This document shows positions 1 to 8,681 of a stretch of DNA of 25,343 nt, one piece after another. Numbering within the stretch: the stretch's first letter is position 1; the number at the start of each line of letters is the position of its first letter. The notes beneath the pieces were generated by a model. That model worked only from the letters and a program-made list of their open reading frames with translations. It was not told where the DNA came from and did not search any database. Where the stretch lies: NCBI GenBank assembly GCA_964534625.1, contig CAZHRF010000044.1:1-25343 (forward strand). The letters run 5' to 3'. Source of the stretch: an uncultured archaeon. GTDB taxonomy: Archaea; Asgardarchaeota; Heimdallarchaeia; Heimdallarchaeales; Heimdallarchaeaceae. A program made the translations under genes and the position numbers.

Positions 1-321
1 TTCTATTGTTCTTGTAAGGAGACAGATACAAGAAGGTCACCTTAACATATAGTCCAATAATAAGGAGATCGTATGGAAATAAGTTTAGATTAGAGAGAAC
101 AAGGGAAGAACACAAGGGTATCCAATTCTATATAGTGCCCTATATTCTCTTTTGGTAAGTGTTTCATCCCCTACTTAGATGAGACTAGGAATGAAACCGA
201 GACACGGTTATGTACGGATAATAAGCAAGAATAAACAAAATCAAGTTTTCTGAAACACCACACTACAGTGCCCCTTCATCTGTTTCTTAGGGGGGTGAAA
301 AACGTACCTCTTTTGCTTTAC

Positions 322-329
322 TTTATATA
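322..329 (+). promoter_or_regulatory. Archaeal TATA box for the flavodoxin-TM2 gene
   Basis: TTTATATA about 24 nt upstream of ATG 353, consistent with a leaderless archaeal transcript. Confidence 0.55.
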
Positions 330-352
330 TGTGAGTGAACTATTTTTTTTCA

Positions 353-1120
353 ATGTGTCCCACCTTAATTGTATATACTAGCAAAAGTGGTGCTACGCGT
401 GAAGTAGCTGAAAATATTAGTGATATTCTTACTTCTGACTATCAACTTTCTGTTGATCTTATAGATTTAAGCGAAAAAAAAGTCAAAAATCTTTCTTCTT
501 ATGATTCCGTTATTATTGGTAGTGGTGTCCGCATGGACGCATGGTATAACAAATCAAAGAGATTTCTAAAAAAAGATTTAACTAGTAAAAAACTGGCTTT
601 ATTTACTTGTTCGGGTACCGCTAGTATGGAATCGAAATATGAACATGCCCTTGCTAAGTATGTCAAAGGTAAAATTAATCGATATCTCGATCTTAACAAT
701 GTTATAGCTTTTGAGGCTTTTGGTGGTAGAAAGTATAAAAAGGAACCTGATGGAACAGAAACTTTGGAATATGATAATAGAAACTGGGATCAGATAAATG
801 CTTGGACTCATAAAGTTGGTAAAATCCTTAGCGGAGAACTAACAGTAGAAACTCCTTTATACACGCCAGATATATCCCCATATGGGAAAAAACAAGTTTT
901 ACTAAATTGTATTTTCTTAGGAATCTTTGGCGTTCATAGATATAAAACAGGTTATCTTGGTTCTGGAATACTTTATTCTATGACGTTCGGAGTATTAGGG
1001 GTCGGTGTAATAAAAGATCTAATACAACTCCTTCGTGGGGAGTATTTAGATGGTTTTGGTAGGAAAGTTGTCAATTGGGAAGCAGAAGAAAACACTTCTA
1101 AACCAATGGGTATTTTCTAG
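353..1120 (+). CDS. Flavodoxin-like (Flavodoxin_5/HemG-type) protein fused to a C-terminal TM2 domain
   Basis: LIVYTSKSGATREVAE FMN phosphate loop, YDSVIIGSGV, AFGG and DNRNWDQI; C-terminal FLGIFGVHRY..G...GILY..TFG..GVG...DLI is a TM2 signature. The ORF track starts at GTG 335, but ATG 353 fits the domain start and the TATA box better. Confidence 0.85.
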   Translation: MCPTLIVYTSKSGATREVAENISDILTSDYQLSVDLIDLSEKKVKNLSSYDSVIIGSGVRMDAWYNKSKRFLKKDLTSKKLALFTCSGTASMESKYEHALAKYVKGKINRYLDLNNVIAFEAFGGRKYKKEPDGTETLEYDNRNWDQINAWTHKVGKILSGELTVETPLYTPDISPYGKKQVLLNCIFLGIFGVHRYKTGYLGSGILYSMTFGVLGVGVIKDLIQLLRGEYLDGFGRKVVNWEAEENTSKPMGIF

Positions 1121-1287
1121 TTTCAACCTTAAAACAAGAACATTTTTCACACAAGAGATTCCAAATGATTTAATGTAGGTTGGTGAGAGAAGCAAGTTTA
1201 TAGAGCATCATATGTTTTTATTATCTCTATTTTTGTACATATCATTCCTACAAGAATATATTTATAGAATAAAAGCCTATTTCAATT

Positions 1288-2244
1288 GTGAATATTAGAG
1301 AACAATTCAGAAAACATATTTCGATCTATCCTACAAGAGGACGACGATTTAGCGAATATGGAACTAAGGTTAAAATATTCTTATTTTCCATTTTACTTCT
1401 AGCCATATCACAGTATGTACTAGTTGCAACACTTTTTCAACCCAAAAACATTTCTGTATTCAAATTCGTTATTTTTTTATTTTTTAATATTGTATTGGAA
1501 TTTTATTACGATTATCATAGTATGAAATTTGTCGACATTTCATTAGAATCTCCCCTAGGTTATTTTTCACTAATTAATGTTTTTCTATTTGCTAATATTC
1601 ATCTTATTTTTGTAACAATAGCAATATACCTTGTTTCCGTTTTTATTTTTGGTATCAGAAGATTAGCCAACATTCTTTTCAACATTTCAATGGCAATATT
1701 ATGTGTTATTCCTGCATTCTTCGTAATGAATTCAAGTTTGATGACAATAACAGTTTATGATTCACTGAATATAATTATAGTTACGTTTCTATCCTCACTC
1801 GGGTATATTCTAATAAACAGTATTCTACTGGCAAGTATTTTAGCCATAGATAGAAAAGATTCTATCATAAAAATGTTCAAACGGATATTTGATTTAAAGA
1901 AAAAAGCGAATACATTTCTCTATCTGATAACACTCCAAATAACAGTCATTATTCAACCCCATTTGGTATTTGTTTTTCTTGTTCTAATCTTTTTCATAAT
2001 GGTAGGCAACGTTAATTTCTTCAAAAAACAAAAAAGGTTGCTAGAGTTAAGTAGAAAGCAAATGGATACCATAAATAATCCTATATTTATTATTGAAGGA
2101 TATACTTTAAAAATCGTTAAAAAGGTGAAGGAAGGCGCAACAAATGAGGATATCATACAGGATCTTGAAGCGATTCAGAAACAAATTGTTAAGATGAAGG
2201 AAATTATTAAGCAAACCAAAAATAAAAATAAAAATGCTGATTAA
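1288..2244 (+). CDS. Multi-pass membrane sensor (MASE-like) with a degenerate HisKA-like C-terminal helical domain and no HATPase domain
   Basis: About 7-8 hydrophobic helices followed by MDTINNPIFIIEGY (compare the H-box AHEINNPLxxIxGY); overlaps the downstream receiver gene. Confidence 0.65.
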   Translation: MNIREQFRKHISIYPTRGRRFSEYGTKVKIFLFSILLLAISQYVLVATLFQPKNISVFKFVIFLFFNIVLEFYYDYHSMKFVDISLESPLGYFSLINVFLFANIHLIFVTIAIYLVSVFIFGIRRLANILFNISMAILCVIPAFFVMNSSLMTITVYDSLNIIIVTFLSSLGYILINSILLASILAIDRKDSIIKMFKRIFDLKKKANTFLYLITLQITVIIQPHLVFVFLVLIFFIMVGNVNFFKKQKRLLELSRKQMDTINNPIFIIEGYTLKIVKKVKEGATNEDIIQDLEAIQKQIVKMKEIIKQTKNKNKNAD

Positions 2245-2629
2245 AATGAGTATTTTAATTATAGATGATGATCAAGACATATTAGATTTATTGCAATATT
2301 TTATAACTGCAAAATATCCGAAAAGTGATGTTATTACTTGTTCTAGCCCTATAAAAGCCCTTGACATAGTAGAACAAAACAAAAAAAAATTGAAACTTAT
2401 CATTAGTGATATCAAGATGCCCGAAATAACTGGCATAGAGTTTGCACGCAAAATTAACAATAAAAATTATTCTATTGAACTTATATTTATGACTGCATAT
2501 CACATAGGAGACATAACTACAGAAGCATATAGTCTTAGGGTAGATAAAGTTATTAATAAAAATAACGGGTTTCCAAAAGTAATAGATGAAATAATGAAAA
2601 GGTACGAAAAGATAACAACTAGTCCATAA
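2234..2629 (+). CDS. Single-domain response regulator receiver (CheY-like)
   Basis: ILIIDDDQD acidic pocket, IISDIKMPEITG phospho-Asp, FMTAY Thr and INK Lys. Confidence 0.92.
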   Translation: MLIKMSILIIDDDQDILDLLQYFITAKYPKSDVITCSSPIKALDIVEQNKKKLKLIISDIKMPEITGIEFARKINNKNYSIELIFMTAYHIGDITTEAYSLRVDKVINKNNGFPKVIDEIMKRYEKITTSP

Positions 2630-2769
2630 AAGAAGCTTCATTTAGTCATAAAATATCACCATTTTGTTCTTATTTCTTAGCTTCTTAGTACAAATATATC
2701 ATTTATCTATGCATATATTTATTTTAGATAATAATGTGTGGAATGGTAATGTTGATGTAAAAACATCTA

Positions 2770-3030
2770 TTACAGATATAATTCAATTATTATTGTACTT
2801 GCCAATCCCTTCCTCCTATGTCCAAGTAACGTTGCTACCAGTTCAAACTCTGCTATTTTGCTTTTTGGATCAATCCTTACCATTGTAAATGCAGCTAGTT
2901 CGCCTTCATTTGTATATAATCCCAAATCTAATTCAGGTACATAAAAACTAGCTCCTTCTCTCATATTTCTATATACTTCTTCTGTAAAAAAATTGTGTCC
3001 AAATACTTCTTTAACTGCATTATGTGATAT
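2770..3030 (-). pseudogene. GNAT-family N-acetyltransferase fragment
   Basis: The open frame extends upstream of ATG 2964 to a TAA at 3031-3033 (..VFGHNFFTEEVYRNMREGASFYVPELDL..GELAAFT..D..SKIAEFELVATLLGHRRKGLAS). It carries the acetyl-CoA motif A (R-x-x-G-L-A) and stops right after it. Confidence 0.7.
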
Positions 3031-3117
3031 TTATAAGTTTCCGCATCAAAGGGTTTTATTAAATATTCATGTCCGAGAAAAAAAAGAAAAGAAAATACAC
3101 GTTATCTATTTTACTTT

Positions 3118-3921
3118 TCATTTAACATTTTGTCTCTTCTTCTTTAAAACTAGTATAGTAGCCATACTCACACCAGTAATGGTTGTTAGGAGTTCAAATC
3201 CGTATGTTCCGTCTGTTCCAAAGTTGGCAAGAGGTTCGACAGTTTCACACACAATAGCAAGATGATCTGCCTTTATCCATTCTAATGAGCTGTTTAGATA
3301 CACTTCCATGTAAGTTACTATTCCTTTTTCTAAGTTCACTTCAAGGAATTTTTCTTCTTCCCATGATTTATCAGAATACTCTAGGTGAGCTGATACTGTT
3401 TTTTCGCCTACATTTAGATCAAATGTTTCATAATGTGACATATTAAATTCTTCACTAGCTGCTTCAGCTTCCATCTCCCAATAACTAGAATTATCTGCAT
3501 GAACATCTTGGAAGACTGACAGATATAAGTCAAATAGACTCATTATCTCCCAACTCATAAGATCATGGAACAACCAGAAATAAATATCACCTGAATCTAT
3601 CTTCTGTTCTTCTATTATCAGCGAACTGTTTAAACCATAGTAAGAATCTACATCGGTTATACTTTCTATTACATAACTCCAGCTATCTCCTTGCTCTACA
3701 ACAAAATGAGTATCTGGAGTCTCCCAATCACCCCAAATTGTATGAAGGGTAAAATTAACTCCTTCTGTAGTACCATTTCTTGTTGCAGTTTTTAGAGTGT
3801 ATACATACTCTTCCCCTTCTTCCACACCAAAAGTTGGTGTTCTTGCTTGACCATTAAACGCAATCATCAGAACAAGTATAAAAGACACTAGACTGCATAA
3901 AAATACTTTCAGCATTTTCAT
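3118..3921 (-). CDS. Secreted/surface protein with an N-terminal signal peptide and a C-terminal sorting/TM anchor
   Basis: Basic-hydrophobic N-terminus, acidic body, C-terminal YGF + hydrophobic helix + KKKR tail (PGF-CTERM-like architecture). Confidence 0.75.
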   Translation of the reverse strand: MKMLKVFLCSLVSFILVLMIAFNGQARTPTFGVEEGEEYVYTLKTATRNGTTEGVNFTLHTIWGDWETPDTHFVVEQGDSWSYVIESITDVDSYYGLNSSLIIEEQKIDSGDIYFWLFHDLMSWEIMSLFDLYLSVFQDVHADNSSYWEMEAEAASEEFNMSHYETFDLNVGEKTVSAHLEYSDKSWEEEKFLEVNLEKGIVTYMEVYLNSSLEWIKADHLAIVCETVEPLANFGTDGTYGFELLTTITGVSMATILVLKKKRQNVK

Positions 3922-3979
3922 TGTAGATGAAAAAAATAGGTGAAATAATTAAGTATTTGGCAAGAGGCAATCTTAAATC

Positions 3980-3995
3980 CAAAATCATGATTTTG
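3980..3995. promoter_or_regulatory. Perfect 16-bp palindrome, putative operator
   Basis: CAAAATCATGATTTTG about 60 nt upstream of the 3921 start. Confidence 0.4.
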
Positions 3996-4078
3996 TAGAA
4001 ATATAAACCATATCTTACTTTCTTAATTCATTCAATACCTATCACGTAATAACTTATAAATACTGACTAAACTCACTT

Positions 4079-4816
4079 TCAAGCTATGTTAAAGCTCCTT
4101 TCCAGAGTCTTACATATTTCAATCATTTTTTGTTCAAGAGCTGGAGATATCTCTCTAAAATCACATACAACACTATGTAGAGTGTATAAATCGTTTAAAC
4201 ATTTTTGAATAATCTTTTTCCTTTTTTTAATAGGTTTGTCCAAGACAAAATTGCTTTGAGGTTTGTCTTTATTAACCTTTATCAGTTGGTGGTGTTCAAA
4301 TGCATCTATTAATTCTTGCTCAATTACTTTTTGAAATATCTGTATTATTTTTTGATGATACTTACTATACTCTCTAGAAATCATATCGAGAACACAAATA
4401 GTCCCAAATGGTTGTCCATCAGGCCAGAGAAGAGGGTAACCTAAATAGGAAATCATTCCCAGTTTAATATCAGGATTGTTTTTCCATTTTTCTGACTCTA
4501 ATGCTGATTTTACTAATAATTTATCATTTGTACGCATAACAGTATCACAATAAAGTCCTGCAAGATGTTCTCTTTCTCCCACATGATAGGGATTAGATTC
4601 AGTGACACTTGCCCTGAAAACCTCTATATAGGGGGGGTAAACCCGCATAATTAAAGCGGAAGGAAGATCCAATAAAACAGCTAGGATATCTACAATAACT
4701 TGCATTAGATTAATGGTTTCTCGAGGGATTACAACCTCAAACTTATCTGGAGCAATAGTATAGCAACCATTTTCATTTAGGTGATTATGTCTCATGTTAA
4801 TCCTAAGAAAGTACAT
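4079..4816 (-). CDS. GAF domain-containing protein
   Basis: IVDILA..LDLPSALIMRV, NPY..GERE.LAGLYCDTV, NPDIKLGMISYLGYPLLWPDGQPFGTICVLD; no output domain is recognisable. Confidence 0.88.
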   Translation of the reverse strand: MYFLRINMRHNHLNENGCYTIAPDKFEVVIPRETINLMQVIVDILAVLLDLPSALIMRVYPPYIEVFRASVTESNPYHVGEREHLAGLYCDTVMRTNDKLLVKSALESEKWKNNPDIKLGMISYLGYPLLWPDGQPFGTICVLDMISREYSKYHQKIIQIFQKVIEQELIDAFEHHQLIKVNKDKPQSNFVLDKPIKKRKKIIQKCLNDLYTLHSVVCDFREISPALEQKMIEICKTLERSFNIA

Positions 4817-4904
4817 AAGTGAATTAATAAATGTTTTTCAAACTTTTTAACTTGAATCTCCCTATCCCCAATCAACTTTTTCCATTCTCTATTACACAGC
4901 AAAC

Positions 4905-4912
4905 TTATAAAT
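4905..4912 (+). promoter_or_regulatory. Archaeal TATA box for the gene at 4933
   Basis: TTATAAAT preceded by an A-rich BRE-like stretch, about 21-28 nt before the ATG. Confidence 0.5.
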
Positions 4913-4932
4913 ATTCAATTCCCATCTAATTT

Positions 4933-5934
4933 ATGAGTAAAAAATGGAAAAAGGGAACCATAATTGGCATCATTTTTGTTACAATTCTTGGACTTGCATC
5001 AATTGGAGGTGTTATTTGGTTTGTTTCTGAGATGCGGGTTGAATTAGGGACTTTGGAAGATGTTTTTCCTTTTCCAGATTTATATGAACAACCACATCTC
5101 CGAATTTCCTTAGACTGTGAATTAGCTTCATTAAATATCACCTATACTCCGCTTGAGGATACTATGGTACAACTCACGCATATTGTTAAAGGTCCTCGTC
5201 GGTATGGTGATACATATAGAGAGACAGCTGACTTTTGGGAAATGAGAACCAAGGACGATGGCAATTTTACCCTTTCCTTATCTCAAAGACCTAAAGGCAC
5301 AGCATTTAACAGATACCCATTCAGCTATGAATCAGTTCTATTAATTGATCCAAAGATTAAGATTGAGCTAGACATAGATACAAACAACGGAGATATCAAT
5401 GTACAGGCGATGGAGCCTGAAACAACAATTATATTTAGAAGCATTTCTACAGATAAAGGTGATATCAATTTTGAATTCGGATTCAATACTACCATTGAAG
5501 GTATTTTTGTTATAGAAGCAGAAGGAAGTATTACTATCCTTGCTTTAAATTATACACAGTTCGATTACGTTTATCACAAAGTTGAAACTGAAAAAGGATC
5601 TATTTTCCTACATTATGAAGAGATAGACATTAAAACTAGTCTCAAAATGCTTTATGAAACGCATGGTGGGGATATTTTCTTAAATTGGAAACAAAATAGC
5701 ACTTTTACTAATCACACAATTCAATTGGAAACAAACACAGGAAATATTGAACTTAACCTGTCCTTTAATGAAAAAATAGGAACGGATTTTAGAATTAGAT
5801 CAGTTAAAATAATTGATGACCCCCCTGAAATGATTAATGCATCTGAAAACTTTGGCACATACACTTTCAGATTAAGAACAAATACGGGCGAGATTACTAT
5901 TATTAGAGCGCCTTACATTAATTGGCCTGAATAG
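4933..5934 (+). CDS. Membrane-anchored DUF4097 (Toastrack/adhesin-like) beta-repeat protein
   Basis: Single N-terminal TM helix, then repeated T-x-x-G-[DSN]-I motifs (TNNGDI, TDKGDI, TEKGSI, THGGDI, TNTGNI, TNTGEI). Confidence 0.75.
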   Translation: MSKKWKKGTIIGIIFVTILGLASIGGVIWFVSEMRVELGTLEDVFPFPDLYEQPHLRISLDCELASLNITYTPLEDTMVQLTHIVKGPRRYGDTYRETADFWEMRTKDDGNFTLSLSQRPKGTAFNRYPFSYESVLLIDPKIKIELDIDTNNGDINVQAMEPETTIIFRSISTDKGDINFEFGFNTTIEGIFVIEAEGSITILALNYTQFDYVYHKVETEKGSIFLHYEEIDIKTSLKMLYETHGGDIFLNWKQNSTFTNHTIQLETNTGNIELNLSFNEKIGTDFRIRSVKIIDDPPEMINASENFGTYTFRLRTNTGEITIIRAPYINWPE

Positions 5935-5996
5935 AATAAATTGTCCTTTAATAACATAAAAAAAGGCGTACTACATACTGTTTACATGATTCTAAT

Positions 5997-6272
5997 ATGA
6001 GAAATGACAAAAGTACTTCCTTACAAACAAACCAATCCAATACAAAAAACTTGGAACAATCTGATTCACTCCATGAAATTGCTCATGAAATGAATTCTGA
6101 CATTCAATTGAGAGATTTAAGGGCTAAAGCAACAGAATATCGAAAAAAAGCTCAAGAATATAAAATGCGAGGAGATAATTTACACGCTAAAGAGTTCTTG
6201 AAAAAGGAAGTAATCTTACTGCAAGAAATTGAAGAACTTAGATCGACACTCATCAAACTCAAAGAAAACTAA
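5997..6272 (+). CDS. Small helical-hairpin protein (ESCRT-III/PspA-tip-like or DM14-like)
   Basis: Charged helical pattern EYRKKAQEYKMRGDNLHAKEFLKK; fills the intergenic gap; the family assignment is tentative. Confidence 0.55.
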   Translation: MRNDKSTSLQTNQSNTKNLEQSDSLHEIAHEMNSDIQLRDLRAKATEYRKKAQEYKMRGDNLHAKEFLKKEVILLQEIEELRSTLIKLKEN

Positions 6273-6285
6273 AGACAAATAGTAT

Positions 6286-6816
6286 TCACTCAATCACTTC
6301 GTCAGAAACAGTTAATGCGATTATTCTTTCTACACCACCATATTTTTTAATTAAAGAATAAACCTCGGATGGTACCAAGTGTTTCCATTTTTTTCCATTT
6401 ACTATATTATTTCTGATTATTTTACCACTATATTTGTCTCTTTCAATTAGTGGTGTTTCACGTACTTGCTTATTAGATAAATTTTGAAATAACTGTTGAA
6501 CAAGACTATTATTGGTATAAATCACATCAAAAGGAGGAACAAGATCAATCACATGGGCAGGCCATATTGTATTTCGATTAATATCTGGAATTGCAATAAT
6601 ATAGAATTTTGACAAATCGAAAGATGATTGAACGAGTTTTGTCATCATTTCTACTCTTTCACCGCCAGTAAAAGGATTCTTTAATGAATAGGCTTTTTCT
6701 CCGCTTCCAATTAAAACAATAATCTCATCAATATCTTGTTGATCTAATATATACTCCAAAACTTTTTGATGACCAATATGAGGGGGATTGAAACGTCCTA
6801 AATAAAGCGCACGCAT
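6286..6816 (-). CDS. nadM: Nicotinamide-nucleotide adenylyltransferase (archaeal type)
   Basis: GRFNPPHIGH (HxGH), IGS, NPFTGGERVEM, SG..IR and WKHLVP..V motifs; 176 aa. Confidence 0.93.
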   Translation of the reverse strand: MRALYLGRFNPPHIGHQKVLEYILDQQDIDEIIVLIGSGEKAYSLKNPFTGGERVEMMTKLVQSSFDLSKFYIIAIPDINRNTIWPAHVIDLVPPFDVIYTNNSLVQQLFQNLSNKQVRETPLIERDKYSGKIIRNNIVNGKKWKHLVPSEVYSLIKKYGGVERIIALTVSDEVIE

Positions 6817-6964
6817 ACATATACTAAAAAGAATATAGTATTAATAACTTTTGTATAAAAAGCCCAAAAGGTAAAATAATTCGAGAATATGAACTACCCC
6901 TACCTAGTGATTTTTGTTATTTCAGTACTTTAATAAAAGTCATAACTAGTTCTTTTTTGGTACT

Positions 6965-7807
6965 ATGATAGAGATTTCGGAAGAAAAAATAAAGAACTTT
7001 CAAAGAAAAATTTTCTCTTGGTGGAAACAGCATAAAAGAGAATTCCCTTGGAGAGAAACAACTAATCCTTATCACATACTAGTTTCCGAAATAATGTTGC
7101 AACAAACACAAGCTGAACGCGTTGTACCAAAGTTTCTTGAATTTTTAGATACATTTCCAACCATGGACCACCTAGCAAAAGCTAGCCCCTCTGAAGTATT
7201 AGCACTTTGGTCAGGCTTAGGATATAATAAAAGAGCCATTTATCTTCAAGAAGCAGCACAACATTTGATAAAGAAGAAAAATTTCCCGAAAACACCAACA
7301 GATTTGCAAGAGATCAAAGGAATAGGCAAATACACTTCGCGCTCAATTCTCATATTTGCATATAATATGGACATAGCAACAGTTGACACAAATATACGGC
7401 GAATATTAATAGCTGAAGGGTTTGCAACTGAAGAAATGAAAGAAAAAGAGTTGTATGGTATTGCAAGTAAACTTTTACCAAAAGGCAAATCACGCGATTG
7501 GCACAACGCTTTAATGGATTATGGAGCTACGCATTTAACTGCTCTGAAAACAGGCATTAAGCCCACATCGTCACAAGGTAAATTCGGCGGTTCTACTCGC
7601 CAATACAGAGGCAAAATTGTAAAATACCTCGTGAAGACTGAGAAGGCAAGCAAAACCATGATTGTTAAACACTGTCAAATACCTGAAGAAAAAATAGATA
7701 AACTTCTAAAAGATCTATTTAAAGACAATTTAATCCAAAAAGTGGGAAAGATGTATCGTTTGCCGAATAATACAAAAAAGTATAAAAAAATACGCAATGA
7801 GTTATAA
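6965..7807 (+). CDS. HhH-GPD DNA glycosylase, MutY-like, lacking the 4Fe-4S cysteines
   Basis: REFPWR..NPYHILVSEIMLQQTQ, WSGLGY..RA, IKGIGKYT, VDTNIRR and ALMDYGA; no CX6CX2CX5C motif. Confidence 0.88.
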   Translation: MIEISEEKIKNFQRKIFSWWKQHKREFPWRETTNPYHILVSEIMLQQTQAERVVPKFLEFLDTFPTMDHLAKASPSEVLALWSGLGYNKRAIYLQEAAQHLIKKKNFPKTPTDLQEIKGIGKYTSRSILIFAYNMDIATVDTNIRRILIAEGFATEEMKEKELYGIASKLLPKGKSRDWHNALMDYGATHLTALKTGIKPTSSQGKFGGSTRQYRGKIVKYLVKTEKASKTMIVKHCQIPEEKIDKLLKDLFKDNLIQKVGKMYRLPNNTKKYKKIRNEL

Positions 7808-7910
7808 AAAATTAGTTTTGAAAGACCAATCCAATCTAGTTTTAATACTTTATCCCTAATTTTTTGCTCTTTCCTAAAACATATATTAACGATTCCTCTT
7901 CTTTTAATTA

Positions 7911-8681
7911 ATGAATTATAAGGTGCCTCTTAATGGTAATATTGAGATTTCTCATATCACAAAACGATTTGGAAATGTTACAGCTTTGGAAAATGTTTCT
8001 CTATCTATTAAAGCTGGTACAATATTAGGGATCGTCGGTCCAAATGGAGCGGGAAAAAGCACCTTAGTACGTATTATTGCTGGTGTTATGAGTTCAACTA
8101 AAGGGAAAATTAATATTGCTGGATTTGACTCAAATAAAGATAGAAAGAAGATTAAATCCATAACAGGTATATTACCAGAGTCAGCTGGACTTTATGAAAA
8201 ATTGACTGTAAACGAGTTTATACAGCTTATTGGTGGTTTATACGATTTAAATCGGGAAAACATTGAAAAAAAATTACAGTACTACATTCGTCTTTTGAGA
8301 CTAGATAAATTAGAAAATAGATTAATAGAGACGCTTTCAAAAGGTCAAAAACAAAAAGTAGCATTTATTGCCGCCATAATTAATGATCCAGTCGTTTTAC
8401 TTTTAGATGAACCTACTATCGCTTTAGATCCAAAAGCCCAGAGAATATTGGCTAAAATTATTCTAGAATATCAGAGAGAGGATAGAACTATCATAATTAC
8501 ATCTCATCTGCTTGAATCACTTGAAAAATACTGTACAGATTTTGCTGTCCTTCAAGAAGGTAGATTTACTTTTAGTGGAACAGCTAAAGAATTCAAAACA
8601 TCTGTTGGGGTAGAGGATATTGAAGATGCATACATTTTACATGTAGAAAAAAAAGAGAAGCAAACAAAGGATGAAGAATGA
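7911..8681 (+). CDS. ABC transporter ATP-binding protein (ABC-2/NatA-like exporter)
   Basis: Walker A GPNGAGKST, signature LSKGQKQK, Walker B LLLDEPT and H-loop TSH. Confidence 0.95.
   Translation: MNYKVPLNGNIEISHITKRFGNVTALENVSLSIKAGTILGIVGPNGAGKSTLVRIIAGVMSSTKGKINIAGFDSNKDRKKIKSITGILPESAGLYEKLTVNEFIQLIGGLYDLNRENIEKKLQYYIRLLRLDKLENRLIETLSKGQKQKVAFIAAIINDPVVLLLDEPTIALDPKAQRILAKIILEYQREDRTIIITSHLLESLEKYCTDFAVLQEGRFTFSGTAKEFKTSVGVEDIEDAYILHVEKKEKQTKDEE

Noticed and set aside
62-93. AAGGAG + ATG mini-ORF (MEISLD)
   Set aside because: Six codons with no further support
161-197. CRISPR array
   Set aside because: Only one repeat-like unit; no similar copy about 70 nt to either side, and no cas genes in the window
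1121-1130. TTTCAACCTT shared with 21782-21791
   Set aside because: A 10-nt AT-rich match is expected by chance
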